In this document: in pieces, positions 39,220-50,376 of the stretch | Layout of the letters: the number at the start of each line of letters is the position of its first letter | Numbering within the stretch: the first letter of the stretch is position 1 | DNA from: Hydrolagus colliei | Lineage: Eukaryota | Length of the DNA: 64,000 bases | Assembly: GCA_035084275.1 (NCBI GenBank) | Contig: CM068745.1 | Coordinates: 38,502,001-38,566,000 of the forward strand | Direction: 5' to 3' | The notes under the pieces: generated by a model | The model's input: the letters and a program-made list of their open reading frames with translations, nothing else | The model's database searches: none | Told to the model about the DNA's origin: nothing | Translations under genes and position numbers: made by a program

Positions 39220-39875
39220 TAACCCTCCTCATCGACCTTCCCAACTCTTCCCTTCACAAACTGCAGATCATGCAAAACTTTGCAGCTCATGTCCTCTCCC
39301 GCACCAGGTTCCACAACCTTATCACTCCCATCCTCATGAGGCCCCATGCATCAGAGGATAGAATTCAAGATCCTCATCCTCGCTTTCAAGGCCATCCATA
39401 GCCTTGCCTCCTCCTACCTCTCTGAACTGCTGACACCCTACCAACCTGCCCACTCCTGCCATTCAGCAGGCTCTGTTCTGCACCATGTCTCCATCTGACC
39501 CATCCTACCATCGGTAGCTGGGCTTTCAGTTTCTCTGCCCCCACACTTTGGAACTCAATCCTATAGTCCCCCTGCCTCACTTCATACCTTAACTCCTTCA
39601 AGGCTGGTCTCAAGACTTCCTTTTCAACCATGCCTTCAACTGCCATCCCACCTCTCTGCCTAACCTCACCTCTACCCCACCTCTCCCCCATGCTCAGGTC
39701 CCAACTATCCAGTGCCTTGGGAGGTCCTCCCAACATGAAAGGCGCTATATAAATGAAATTTTGTTGTTGTAATGGTGGAGCTGGGGAGAAGATTTGTGAT
39801 GGTCCATATGTGAAGCACTCTGAGACGCTGTTTGGCATGGAGGGCACTATATAAATGCAAGTTATTGTTGTTGTT
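39220..39875 (+). mobile_element. L2 LINE 3' end plus an extra tail of the second type
   Basis: LLIDLPNSSLHKLQIMQNFAAHVL, RIEFKILILAFK remnant, tails at about 39710-39770 and 39810-39875. Confidence 0.88.
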
Positions 39876-40559
39876 GCTGCAAGGCCTTGGCAAATAAATG
39901 TGCTTGTTGTGTGCTCCTCATCCAGGGTGCTTAGCAACAAGTCAACGTAGGCTGAAGTTCTCCCTCCCTGCTGCCATTTCCTATTCCCACTTTCCACTGC
40001 ATCACCAGGAGCTGAGATCCATATTTGCACACAGGTCTTACATGCCATAAGCTTGATCTGCATTGAGATTTTGCTGTCTTTGAAGAGGCACGAGCATGAT
40101 CACAGTGCCACTTCCCCCTGCTCAGCGCAGTCCTTCAGGACAGTGTCAAGGCAAAAGCGGTGTCCCAACGTTTTAATGGCAATGTGGAACATAATAAAGT
40201 TTTGTAATCATGTACTCACAACAGCAATTTGGTTTCCTTCCATATTAGAGCAGAGATTCACACCTCATGAATGTACAATTAACACATTTCATTATTATGG
40301 TTTGCAACTCAGTTTCAAAATTGTTTTGTTATTTTCAAAGGTGGTTTGAAATTGGATTTTATTAGTAAATTATAATACTGATTTTCTGCTAGAGTTTACA
40401 TCTGAAACAAATGTGTTATCTTTAGCGCCACCTTAAAGATTTTTCTAACTGAGTTTAGTTTTGGTTGTACTGTACTATTAGAAAACATGCAAAAAGGAGT
40501 TTGAACACTGATCTAATCCCAAGTTAATGTGAATGAGGTGCAAAGAAAGATAAAAGAGA

Positions 40560-40900
40560 CTTACAGTCCAGAAAGAAGGCAGTTAAGGAAGATTTTCATT
40601 TAAGTGGATAAAATATTAAATGTTATAGATAAGGTAAAACCAGATTATTACTTCAAAGTAAACTGAAAAAGTAGGACCAGAGGACATGAATGGCAATTAA
40701 GTGAAAAATAAATTTAGGACAGATATCAGCAAAATTGCTTTAACCCAAGAGTGATAAATTCCTGGGATAACCGACCAAGTGAAGTAATAGAAGCAAAATA
40801 CATTGGGGTACTCAAAATACAATTAGATGTTGTGATACAAGAGTGATAAGCAATAAGCTTCAGTTACCATTTTTCATCCCTGACGTTTCTTAGGTTCTTT
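40560..40900 (+). mobile_element. Old CR1 3' fragment
   Basis: RTRGH.W.L....FRTDISK..F.QRVINSW..L remnant. Confidence 0.6.
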
Positions 40901-41294
40901 AATTTGTTAACATTGAAATATCCTGCTCTCAATGTTGCCATCCCCATTTAGTAATTTCATTATGTAGTTCCAGTACATTTCAATATTTTATATGTATTTT
41001 TTATACCTGTTGCAAAGTGGCAATGGTACTGTATATAAATAGGGTTTTGCTGATGGAGTGGGCATGAACATTCATATGTGGGTTTACATCCTACCAGGCA
41101 GAAGTAATGATATCAGCCTTGGCTGCTGTTCAAGTTCATACGTGAAACTAATTTGTGTATTTCTAATTTTAAATGTCAATCTCTCTTTTACACAATGACC
41201 TTAATGGTCAAACAACATGGCTTTGATTGGTGCCTGCAATTCATCCCATCGGTACGAGCAGTGATTGAATCCTGCTTCACTAGATATTGTATCA

Positions 41295-41628
41295 CAGTAA
41301 AACTTCGATAATCCGACATTCCGAAAGGCGACAACTTCCCAAAACTGGCTAGATTTCAAAATCCATTCAGTATTAGATTTTCTTCTGGTGTCGGGCAAAT
41401 CTCCCGAAGTTTGGAACAGCTGCTTGTAGTTCCCATTGTGGCCTCTGTGTCACTCGGCGCTGTGGTTGCCGCTCGGGCATTCTTTGGCTTCAGTGCTGTG
41501 TTTACAGCACATGTGGTGTATGGGGTGGAGCTTCCCCAGCCATTTCTAGCATAGGTTCTAAATACCAGCAAACTCCGAAATCTGGGAAGTGAGTGGGCCA
41601 ACCGTGCCGCATTATTGAGGTTTTACTG
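41295..41628. mobile_element. Tigger-type MITE
   Basis: TIRs CAGTAAAACTTCGATAAT / ATTATTGAGGTTTTACTG (16/18), flanked by CA on both sides; CpG-rich. Confidence 0.8.
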
Positions 41629-43036
41629 CATCTTGAAATTAAGATGATAAAATAACAATTAAAAGAGTTACTCCTTGCACATAATGTCCATATGTAGCAT
41701 GAGGAAAGTGACACTAGTGATACTTCTTGCGTATAGCACACAATGCCTACAGGTGACATTAATGACAAGTTGACCATCCAGACTGGCCAATTTGTAGCAT
41801 AGAAAACCATCCCCCAAATGAGCGAGTCTGCATCAAATTCTGGGTGTACTGAACTTCTAAGAAAGCCTGCACATTCTAATGGGTCCATCTGCAATATCCT
41901 TTTCTAAACCACATAGGAGCTATATTTAGGGATTGGGCACACAGTGACGCCACTAAATTTGAGATTTATTTTAGTCAATGATGTTTACGTCTAGACATAT
42001 ATTTCTGTTTTCAAATACTGAGTTTGAATGCAGAATTGCTTGTACATTGTGAAATTGGACTTTTACTTTTATTTCAAGTTTCACTGTCAGAATGGAAATC
42101 ACTCAATATTTTCTCAACCGAACACTGTCTTCCAATGCTTTTAATATCACCCGTACTATATCCCTCCCGAACGCAAATCTTTAGAGGAGTTGTGCTCACT
42201 GCGGTTTTTAATATAAATAATACATTTGCTTCTATTTAGTAGGAATTCTCATTTCCTACCTAGAATTACAGTGCTGTCTATAGTGCCATCTTTTCCAGTC
42301 TGCCCTCCTGTCAATCTTATGTATTGCATTATTTCAAAACGAAGATGATTCATTTTTATGCAGCCTCTACTCATCAGGCACGACAGTCTGCCTGTCTAAA
42401 TGATTGTAGTACCACAGTGCTTCATTTGCTAAAGTAAATGGAAACACCATCTTTTTTGCAGCAGCTTCTCAGCAATACATTTAACAAATGCAGCAATCTG
42501 AAGTTAAGTCCCAGGCTGATTCTAGCAGCTAAAAGCAAGTTTTTCTTCTATCGAGGCAAATTTTAAGTTTCTGCTTTCCTTAGAAGATCCAAAACTTAAC
42601 AGAAAATAGATTTTATTTTCGCAGCCATGCTTTGCATCTGGTAGTTCAAGCTGCAATGGAAATGCACTTGCCTGAGTGCTTTTGGCAGCTGCTATCTCAG
42701 TGGTAATCTGACGCCTCCAATATCCTGTTAATGTTTCCCAGTTTGTAAACTGCGGATGCTTTTCTGGGCATGTGTCCCATCCGCAGCCTGTAATTATCAC
42801 CAATCACTACTTGCGATCCCGTCATACCACCCAGAGAACAAGCAGGTGGAAAAGACGCATCTGTAAAGGATGGTGTTTTATCAAAATGATTGACATTAAA
42901 ATGACACTTTTCCCCATCCCTGCTAAAAATGAATTTCATCCTGATTTTGTTATACTGTACACCCACAGAGGTGTCAACACAATGTAACAGTTTGCAGATG
43001 TCTGTATTAGCGTGATTTTAGCGCATAATCTAATGC

Positions 43037-43552
43037 AGTGTTTCTCAACATTTTTACTTTGAGCACTGGCTCAGATTCTTCTTAAAATGTGCTGGACCAT
43101 AAGTAATTAATATAATCATTTCATTTCATATGATGTAGTTTACATCATTGAAATGTCACCAAACACTTTGAGGCATCATCCCAATGTATGAAACAATTTA
43201 ACTGAATTCCGGCTAGAAAATTTTTATTTAGTTGTAGACGAATGTCATGTGGGAGTTTGGCAGGACATGAGGAGAATGGAATTTGTTTATGTATTTTCAT
43301 AACGATTACAGTATAGAATATAATGATGTTTAATGGGACTCCTTAATAAAAGAATGGGGCCCCCTTCAGGGATCTAAAATATGTTCTGCCCACTCACCAG
43401 AACTCTGCTTTGAAAGAATATTGCATCAGAGGGTATTTCTGCAAGCCAGTGTGACATTCTTCCAGATTTCTTTAAATATAGATTTCTTTGTATACATCAG
43501 ATTTTCAGTCCAAGGCAATCTGGAAGTCTAGGAAACCAGTTTGAGCATTCAG
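43037..43552. mobile_element. Possible old hAT-Charlie MITE
   Basis: Left end CAGTGTTTCTCAAC; degenerate right end CCAGTTTGAGCATTC; no TSD verified. Confidence 0.3.
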
Positions 43553-44086
43553 GCAGCTTATTACAACAACAACAACAACAACAACACAATTACATTTATT
43601 TTACAAAAGTTTATACATAGCAACGTTTTGAAGAAGGCACATGGTGAATACAAGTTTAGCTATGGATCAATACCTGGACATTTATTGCAATGCTTTGAAA
43701 CAATTACTTGAGAGTCCCAACAAGCTATTGAACCCCGGAACAGGTTAAGTGGGTACGACTAGGGTGAGTAGGCACTCAGTAAAAATGTATAATCTATTGG
43801 AACGTCTCCTGTTTGATGCTGAGTCAAAATCCAGCAACTCGTTATGTTGACTGCAATGGGCCAAGCTCACATTATATTTACAGCTCTCCACTGTTTAAAT
43901 AAAAGAAAATGATTGTTTATAATTTTAAATTTTGAACACCAATCAAGCTTACAGACAGGTGCCCCTTCAATAACCCGTTTTATTAAAGAAATCTTTGTGT
44001 AGCAATGTGTATGTACAGAAAGGAATAGTTAGTAATCAGTTATCTTTATTGTCTTCTTCTTTCTGGAGGTTGTTTTAACTTTAGGC

Positions 44087-44990
44087 TACAACAACAACAT
44101 GCATTCATATGGACGCCCCTCATGCAAGGTAGCATCCCAGAGCACTTGACAAAGGTGAAGCACTGAGCTGTGGGGGGAGGGGGAGGGTGGTGGCCATAAA
44201 CATGGTCGAATGGGAAGGTTTTTAAGACATGACCTGCAGAAAGAGAAGGAAGAGGCAAGGCAGAGGGATAGAGGACGAGCATTCCAGAGTTTTGTGGTGC
44301 AGTGCCTGAAAGTGCGGTTACGGATGGTAGAATGGAGGGCACGACGAGCATGCAGAAGGCCAGAGCCAGTCGAGTGGACGCAGTGGATAGTGAGCTTGAG
44401 GTACACAGGTCAAAGAGGTAGGGAGGAGCCAGAGTAAGGGATTTGAAAACAAGTGTGAAGATCTTGAAATTGATAGGAAGCCACTGGAGCCTGGCTAGGT
44501 CTAGTTTGGTGGGGGTACGAAGAATAGTGCTGGTCAATATGCAGGTAGAGGAGTTGTACATCAGCTGGATCTTGTGGATGATGGAGCTGCAGCAGGCATT
44601 TGAAAAGTCAAGTTGGATTGTGACGAACGCATGGACGAGTGTCTGTGGTAAGGTATGGTCGAAGACGGGCAATGTGCTAGTGGTAGAGGATGGATATGGG
44701 AAAAGAAAGGGATGGATGCAGGGAAAGAAAGACAGCTATCGGTTAACTCTGATGCCTAAATCGGGCACTGGTTTGGTGAATTTAAGGGATACAGGGGGGA
44801 AGTTGAGGAGGTCAGAGCCTCAGGACAGAAGATATTGATGGAAACCAAGGACTATGCCTTCCGTTTAGTTGCAAGAAATTTGCAAGACATTTGCACTCAT
44901 TCAGGCCCTGATGTCTGCTAGACAAGCCAACAGAACATCAGCAAACCTGGAGTCGCAGCTGGAGGAGGAAAAGTCTAGCTTGTAACCATA
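44087..44990 (-). mobile_element. L2 LINE 3' fragment (second tail type)
   Basis: ORF 44046-44672 TLVHAFVTIQLDFSN...LARLQWLPINFKIFTLVFKSL; tail (CAA)n...GGTAGCATCCCAGAGCACTT. Confidence 0.9.
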
Positions 44991-45330
44991 CCACCCTTAG
45001 TAGCATTTTCCTGAACTTGTGCTCACCCTTCCCCTTTCCAATCAATCATTATTTTCCAATCATGTTACAATTCGTCATACTTGCAGCAGACAGTTTTTAT
45101 CAAAGGTTATCCTTGATATCATCTCATTTACTTAAGAAAACAAACACTTCAAACTGTTTCCTATACCAAAGACACCTCTCACATATCTTTTTTCTACATG
45201 ACTACTGTCATGATTACCCTGTTTTTGCAATCCTTAGTCATGTATAAAAAACATATACTGAACACAATATATAATATTTCTTAAGGGAAAGGGAGAGACC
45301 TGTGCCTTTAATTGAATTCTTTTCAGAAAA

Positions 45331-45789
45331 TGCTTGCAAAAGACTTAGCGAACAGAGCATATGAGATGCCCAAGTTGCAACAATATCTAGGCTCAAGGTT
45401 ACTTGATTGACAGGCAGTTAACTAGCAGTCTGGAAAGTAAATAACATGAGGATGCTTGTGCGTGATAAAATGCATTCACATCATACTGTTGACAGAGCCA
45501 TATGCTTATAAAAGGCAATGCTCGGCGCCTTGTGGTCACTAACTAATGGTTGTCATCCAGTATATACTGGTTGTACAGGACTACTAGTCAGGTTGGTTGA
45601 AGCCTCTTTACTAATGTAGTATTGTATTGTGCTGCTAGTTGTATAGTTATTTTAGTTAGTTATATTTGACCCCATTGTTGTTTATCTTACTTTGTTATAT
45701 CCCTTATATGCAAGATAGCCTAAGGTTGCTGGGACTTAATAAAGAGCTGTTGGTTCTAATGAATGTATCCTCATTAATACTCTAAAACA
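45331..45789 (+). mobile_element. Probable solo LTR
   Basis: TG...CA ends, flanking direct repeat AGAAAA (45325-45330 and 45790-45795), internal TATAAAA and an AATAAA about 50 bp from the 3' end. Confidence 0.45.
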
Positions 45790-46029
45790 AGAAAAGTACT
45801 TCAGAGAGTAGCTGTCGACGTTCTGGCAGTATGTGCAAATTCCAATTAAACATTCCAGTAATTGGGCATTGGAGTTAACTGGAAATACCAATCCGAGTGG
45901 CTAATTGTGATTCGGTGGAGCCACCTTTGAACAGGGACTAACAGTGACAGAGTTAAGAGAGAGCAGAGGCCATTTAGTACAAAAACATTACTAAAGTTCG
46001 CACATATATCAAGGAGTGAGGATCGTTGC

Positions 46030-46258
46030 ATTGACTGTATATTTGTGGGTGAAACACAGCAGCCAATTGCACATAGCAGTGTCCCACAAACAGTCATGGA
46101 TTGAAATTGACCAATTTTTTGGGGGGGGGTTTTCGTGGGATTATTATTAGGCATGTGGAGTAAGGAAACTTGCCCAAGGTTTCACCCTGCCTGGAATTGA
46201 ACCCAGTTCTCTTGCTTGCAAGGTGAGTGCTCTAACCACTTCGCTACAGATTTCCACA
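46030..46258 (-). mobile_element. Deu-core SINE (short subfamily)
   Basis: Core plus reverse tRNA-like head. Confidence 0.88.
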
Positions 46259-46446
46259 ATAAAATGGTTATAATATTAAAATGAGAATCCAGAATCAAAT
46301 GGTTATTTGATGGTGGTATTAAAATGATTACCAACGTATGGTTCATAATGGCAAAGTTAAGCAAAAGTATATACACATTCCCATGATGCATCATTCTTAT
46401 GCAAGGAATAGTTCATCCAGGATGTTTCACTTTGTTGACCCATCAT

Positions 46447-46820
46447 GGAGTCCTGTAACTCAGTGGTTAGAGCAGCCACCTCGCAACCTTGGTTTGACTC
46501 CCTGCAAAGCAAAATGTTGGACAAGTTTCCTTACTCCACACACCTCTGTTTACCAAGCAGTAAGTAGGAACCCAGTTAGGTGTTTGGCGGATCGCCTTTC
46601 CATGGTTTATATTCCTACAAATGACAATAATAATAAATTGGTCACTTCAATCCATGATTTGTACTGTTTTGTTAGTGGGACACTGCTGTGAGCAATTTGC
46701 TGCCACATTTTGCTTACAAAATATATAGTCAATTCACTTTACAGTATATTCTGTGAAGCAATTTCAGGCATCTCGAAGATGTGATGAGGCCCTGTATCAA
46801 ATGCAAGGATTATTATTATA
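46447..46820 (+). mobile_element. Full-length Deu-core SINE (long subfamily)
   Basis: TGGAGTCCTGTAACTCAGTGGTTAGAGCA head, ACCTCTGTTTACC insert, core, (ATT)n tail. Confidence 0.9.
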
Positions 46821-47300
46821 CTTTTATTATTATAGCATGACCAGAAGGATTGCAGTGGTTTAAAGAGAAAGCCCACAATCATCTCAGGGAAACAGACGAT
46901 GGACAATAAATGCCAGTGTTACTCACATGCAGAGATGAGAAAAAATAATATGCATAAGCCAGATGGCGATTGGTGAGTCAACAGTCAGCAGAAAACTGTC
47001 ACTCACAGATGTCTGCACAATTAATTTGTAAACCCTGAAGTTGCACATTTGGCACATGATTATAGCAGAGCCTCATTTGGTCATAGAATCAGAAATAAAA
47101 ATATCAGTTACAGTGTTTGCCTCATTGTTGTTTTGCCAACAGTTTGTATTGTGAGCATCCGCATGTAATAAAACCACGCATTACGCAACAGTTCAAAAGA
47201 TGCAAAAGATGCAACACACTAAAATAAAGACATTACAAAGAGACATTGGAGAGCAAACTTATGACCTCAGGTAGGCAGAGGGATACATATATAGTTATTA

Positions 47301-47518
47301 CAGTGAAACACGGATAACTTGTCACCCCATGGGAAATAGCTCAATTGACTACTTATCAGAGTTGACTAGTTATCCAAAGTATCGTAACTCAAAACAACAT
47401 TACATTTTTATAGCACCTTTCACATCGGAAGCACAATATACTCAAATAACTTGGATATTCAGTGATTGACTAGTGCTGTGGGGTTGAAGACCAAAGGTGA
47501 ATTATCAGAGCGTCACTG
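47301..47518. mobile_element. Old Tigger-type MITE
   Basis: TA|CAGTGAAACACGGATAACT ... AATTATCAGAGCGTCACTG|TA, degenerate TIRs; short L2 tail inserted at about 47395-47430. Confidence 0.6.
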
Positions 47519-47611
47519 TAAGGCATACTGAGAGAGGTATTTAACAGCAAAGGCACATTGCCATGAATTGTATTGTATATGTTCAGCATTACAAGAAATC
47601 CTGCCTATCCA

Positions 47612-47779
47612 TCTTCTATACTAATAAAACAACAATGTCTGTCTGTGTGTCAGCCAAAATGTGAATAACCGATTGATGTACTGCACGAAAGTACGGAATG
47701 TACGGAAAGACCTTGGATTTGGGAATGTCATGACCATATTTTTGTTCAGGGATCTCCTATCTTTGCAAGCCTCCACTAG
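47612..47779 (+). mobile_element. Short non-autonomous Helitron
   Basis: A|TCTTCTATACTAATAAAA...TGTCTGTCTGTGTGTC 5' signature; ends CTAG|T, i.e. inserted between A and T with no TSD. Confidence 0.6.
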
Positions 47780-48160
47780 TATACAAGAAAGAAAAAAAAG
47801 ACAAATGCTGTGACTCAATCACTAAACTGGATAAAATCACAATCACAAGCACAAACATATATAGCCTAATTTACAGAGGAAACATTACAATCAGTTTTAT
47901 ATTTTTGAGAATATGCAATAATTCTATTACTTTCTCTTATTACTCTAATTTCAACAACCGATCAGGCACATGGTATTCTTTGACTCCACCGAGTTTAGCA
48001 AAAGTGAGCAATTTGGATTGGATTACAATCTGCAGCTACCCACTCCCAGAACAGTTCAGTACTGTACAATCAAACCCAACCTGCTCAGTATCAATGAACC
48101 ATTCTGCAGTGTTGCCAGCTCCTCATTATGCTGGCAGAGCAGGATCTGACAGGTTCCAGG

Positions 48161-50376
48161 CAGGGCCGTACGCAGGATGTTTAATGGGGGGGTGCGAATT
48201 GCTAGTGATGGGACCAACAATGGCCGGGGGCTTGGGGGCTGCCCCCGAAGCCCCCTCGAGGCTCCGACGTTTTACACAGTTTGAGGTCTTATTTAATCGA
48301 TTCAGAAGATCCAATATGAACGGTAAATGTTTCATGCCCTTGGTGTTTAAGAGCATCATTATTTATTCAGTGTTTTTATTTTCCCCGGTAGTCCGTGTCT
48401 AATTCGGAAGGTCGAATGTGTTCGCCGATAAAAGCAAACACGATTGTTGACTCGATGATGTATGGAAAGCGAACGATAAAGTAAATTACAATCCAATTAA
48501 CACAGTACAATGACGAATGCTTGATAAATGTATGCGTATAGAGAAAATGATCATAAACTACAGATTGACGGTAATTAATAAGTTGTTCTGCATTGTTATC
48601 CTAAGACTAAATTTCTTTCGGACTGTAATGAACAATAATGTAAGAGTAAAGCATGAATTATGTGCTCAGATATTCCAGCAAAGCAAATTTTATAAAAGAC
48701 AAGAAAATATACAGAAACTGAAAATCAGTGTCAAACAGTTAATTCACACGTGTTACAAGCCTGTTATCAGCATTATCCTGAAAATATCGTTGAACTGTGA
48801 GCAATAGTGTAGTTAGTTTTTATTTATTTATTTAGAATCAAAATGAAAGGCAGTGACCCATCAAGCAATACTGACCTGACGAAAAAATACTTGAAAAAAT
48901 AAGGGAGGGGAAATTAATTCTTTAATAGCGTTCCGTATTCGAGACGCCTCGGTCGCTTTGAAGCCAATACGTCAACCGCTCTACCAATATCGATTTCCAT
49001 ATTATAATGAATGTGCATTAACGCGAGGGCTGAAAGTCGCTCCTATACGGAGCAGAATGCTGGACACTTAGGCAAACCTTGACCAGGAGATTAGATGACT
49101 CGTGAGGTATATACCAGGCTTCTAAGAGACGCCCTGAACGTTTACTGGCGACAGCATCTGACAAATAGCTATATGGTACACTACCACACTGGTATCACAG
49201 ACATTACTGCAGAGGCGTCTTAGGTTTAGCGGACATAGCTGGAGAAGCCGGGAGGGAACCATTGCACGGTCACAGAACACGAGGTAGACCGGCCCTAACC
49301 TACATCGATACTCTGGAGCGCGATTGGGGTATTGGCAGGCGGGAGTTGTCAGGCTGCATGGAGAGAAGGGATCAGTGGAGAAGTGTGGTTGTCAATGCCC
49401 GAGTTCGCTCGATCAGATGACGGTGAAACTATTTTTATGCCAAATTCGTGCGACATTGATGTTTTTTCACTCTGGGTACAAAACTGAATGTGAAATAAAG
49501 TCGCACTGTTTATCTTTGCGGTCATATGTTTTTTGCATGCCAGTGGACGTCTCTAAAAGCAATTTTTAATGACAGGAATACATTTTTAATAATATAAATC
49601 AAATGTGATAATCAAGACAAAACAAGAAACGTGATATTTCAGAAACACGCCTATCAAAACTTAAGTCATTTTTACTTACATTTATCAGATTAAAATACGA
49701 TTTCAGCTTCCACAAAGTGGTGCTACCTTTTTATGTAGTGACTGTATACGGGATGATTTCCGATTGACACACCACGTGGAATAGGCGCTAAAGCCTAGGC
49801 CTACGTCCATGAGTATTTTTTTAAAAGATAGGCATTCCCGTCCAGACACATATAACTTTTTTGTTGGGTTCTCAAAAGCTTTAATTTCTCAGAAGCTTGT
49901 ACATATGTTGTCATTGTTTGCTAGCATTACAGTCACACCTCTCAAAACTTGAGTAATTTTTACTTACGGTGATCAGATGAAAAGATGATTTTAACTCCAG
50001 AATTGGTGCTGTCCCTTGTGGCTGTTTACGGGATGATTTCCAAACGAGGATTTGAGTCTTGGCGCCTATGTTTATCCAATCACGAGTCACAGACTCGCCG
50101 CGTCATGGACTGGTCTATCCACGCGGTATGTTTTGGGTAGACGCCGATTCTGGTGTGCGACTCGATAATTTTATATTAATACTAAATCATTCAAAGATGT
50201 GAGTTTATAATTTAAATATAGTTTTGAAGAACTGATTGTTGCACAAATGGTCAATAAATTTACTTGGTATTTAAATTTGATAAAAAATGCAATTCTCTAC
50301 CCCGGAAAATGTGGACCTTTTATAATTTGGGGGGGGTGCGTACGCACCCGTCGCACCCCCCCTGCGTACGGCCTTG
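48161..50376. mobile_element. 2.2-kb non-autonomous TIR DNA transposon (hAT-like termini), CpG-rich
   Basis: TIRs CAGGGCCGTACGCAGG / CCTGCGTACGGCCTTG (15/16); flanking direct repeat CCAGG on both sides; GGGGGGTGCG subterminal motifs; no transposase ORF. Confidence 0.85.
49030..49425 (+). mobile_element. 5'-truncated RTE-clade LINE 3' end nested in the DNA transposon
   Basis: Frameshifted translation LLYGAECWTL...YTRLLRDALNVYWRQHLTN..LYG...LQRRLRFSGHSWR...RGRPALTYIDTLERD...MERRDQWRSVVVNARVRSIR*, typical of the RTE/RTE-X C-terminus. Confidence 0.8.

Noticed and set aside
39386-40063. 225-aa minus-strand ORF
   Set aside because: Mostly antisense to an L2 3' end and tail fragments.
41201-41894. 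Cluster of minus-strand ORFs in CpG-rich sequence as a host exon
   Set aside because: The CpG-rich part is explained by the Tigger-type MITE 41295-41628.
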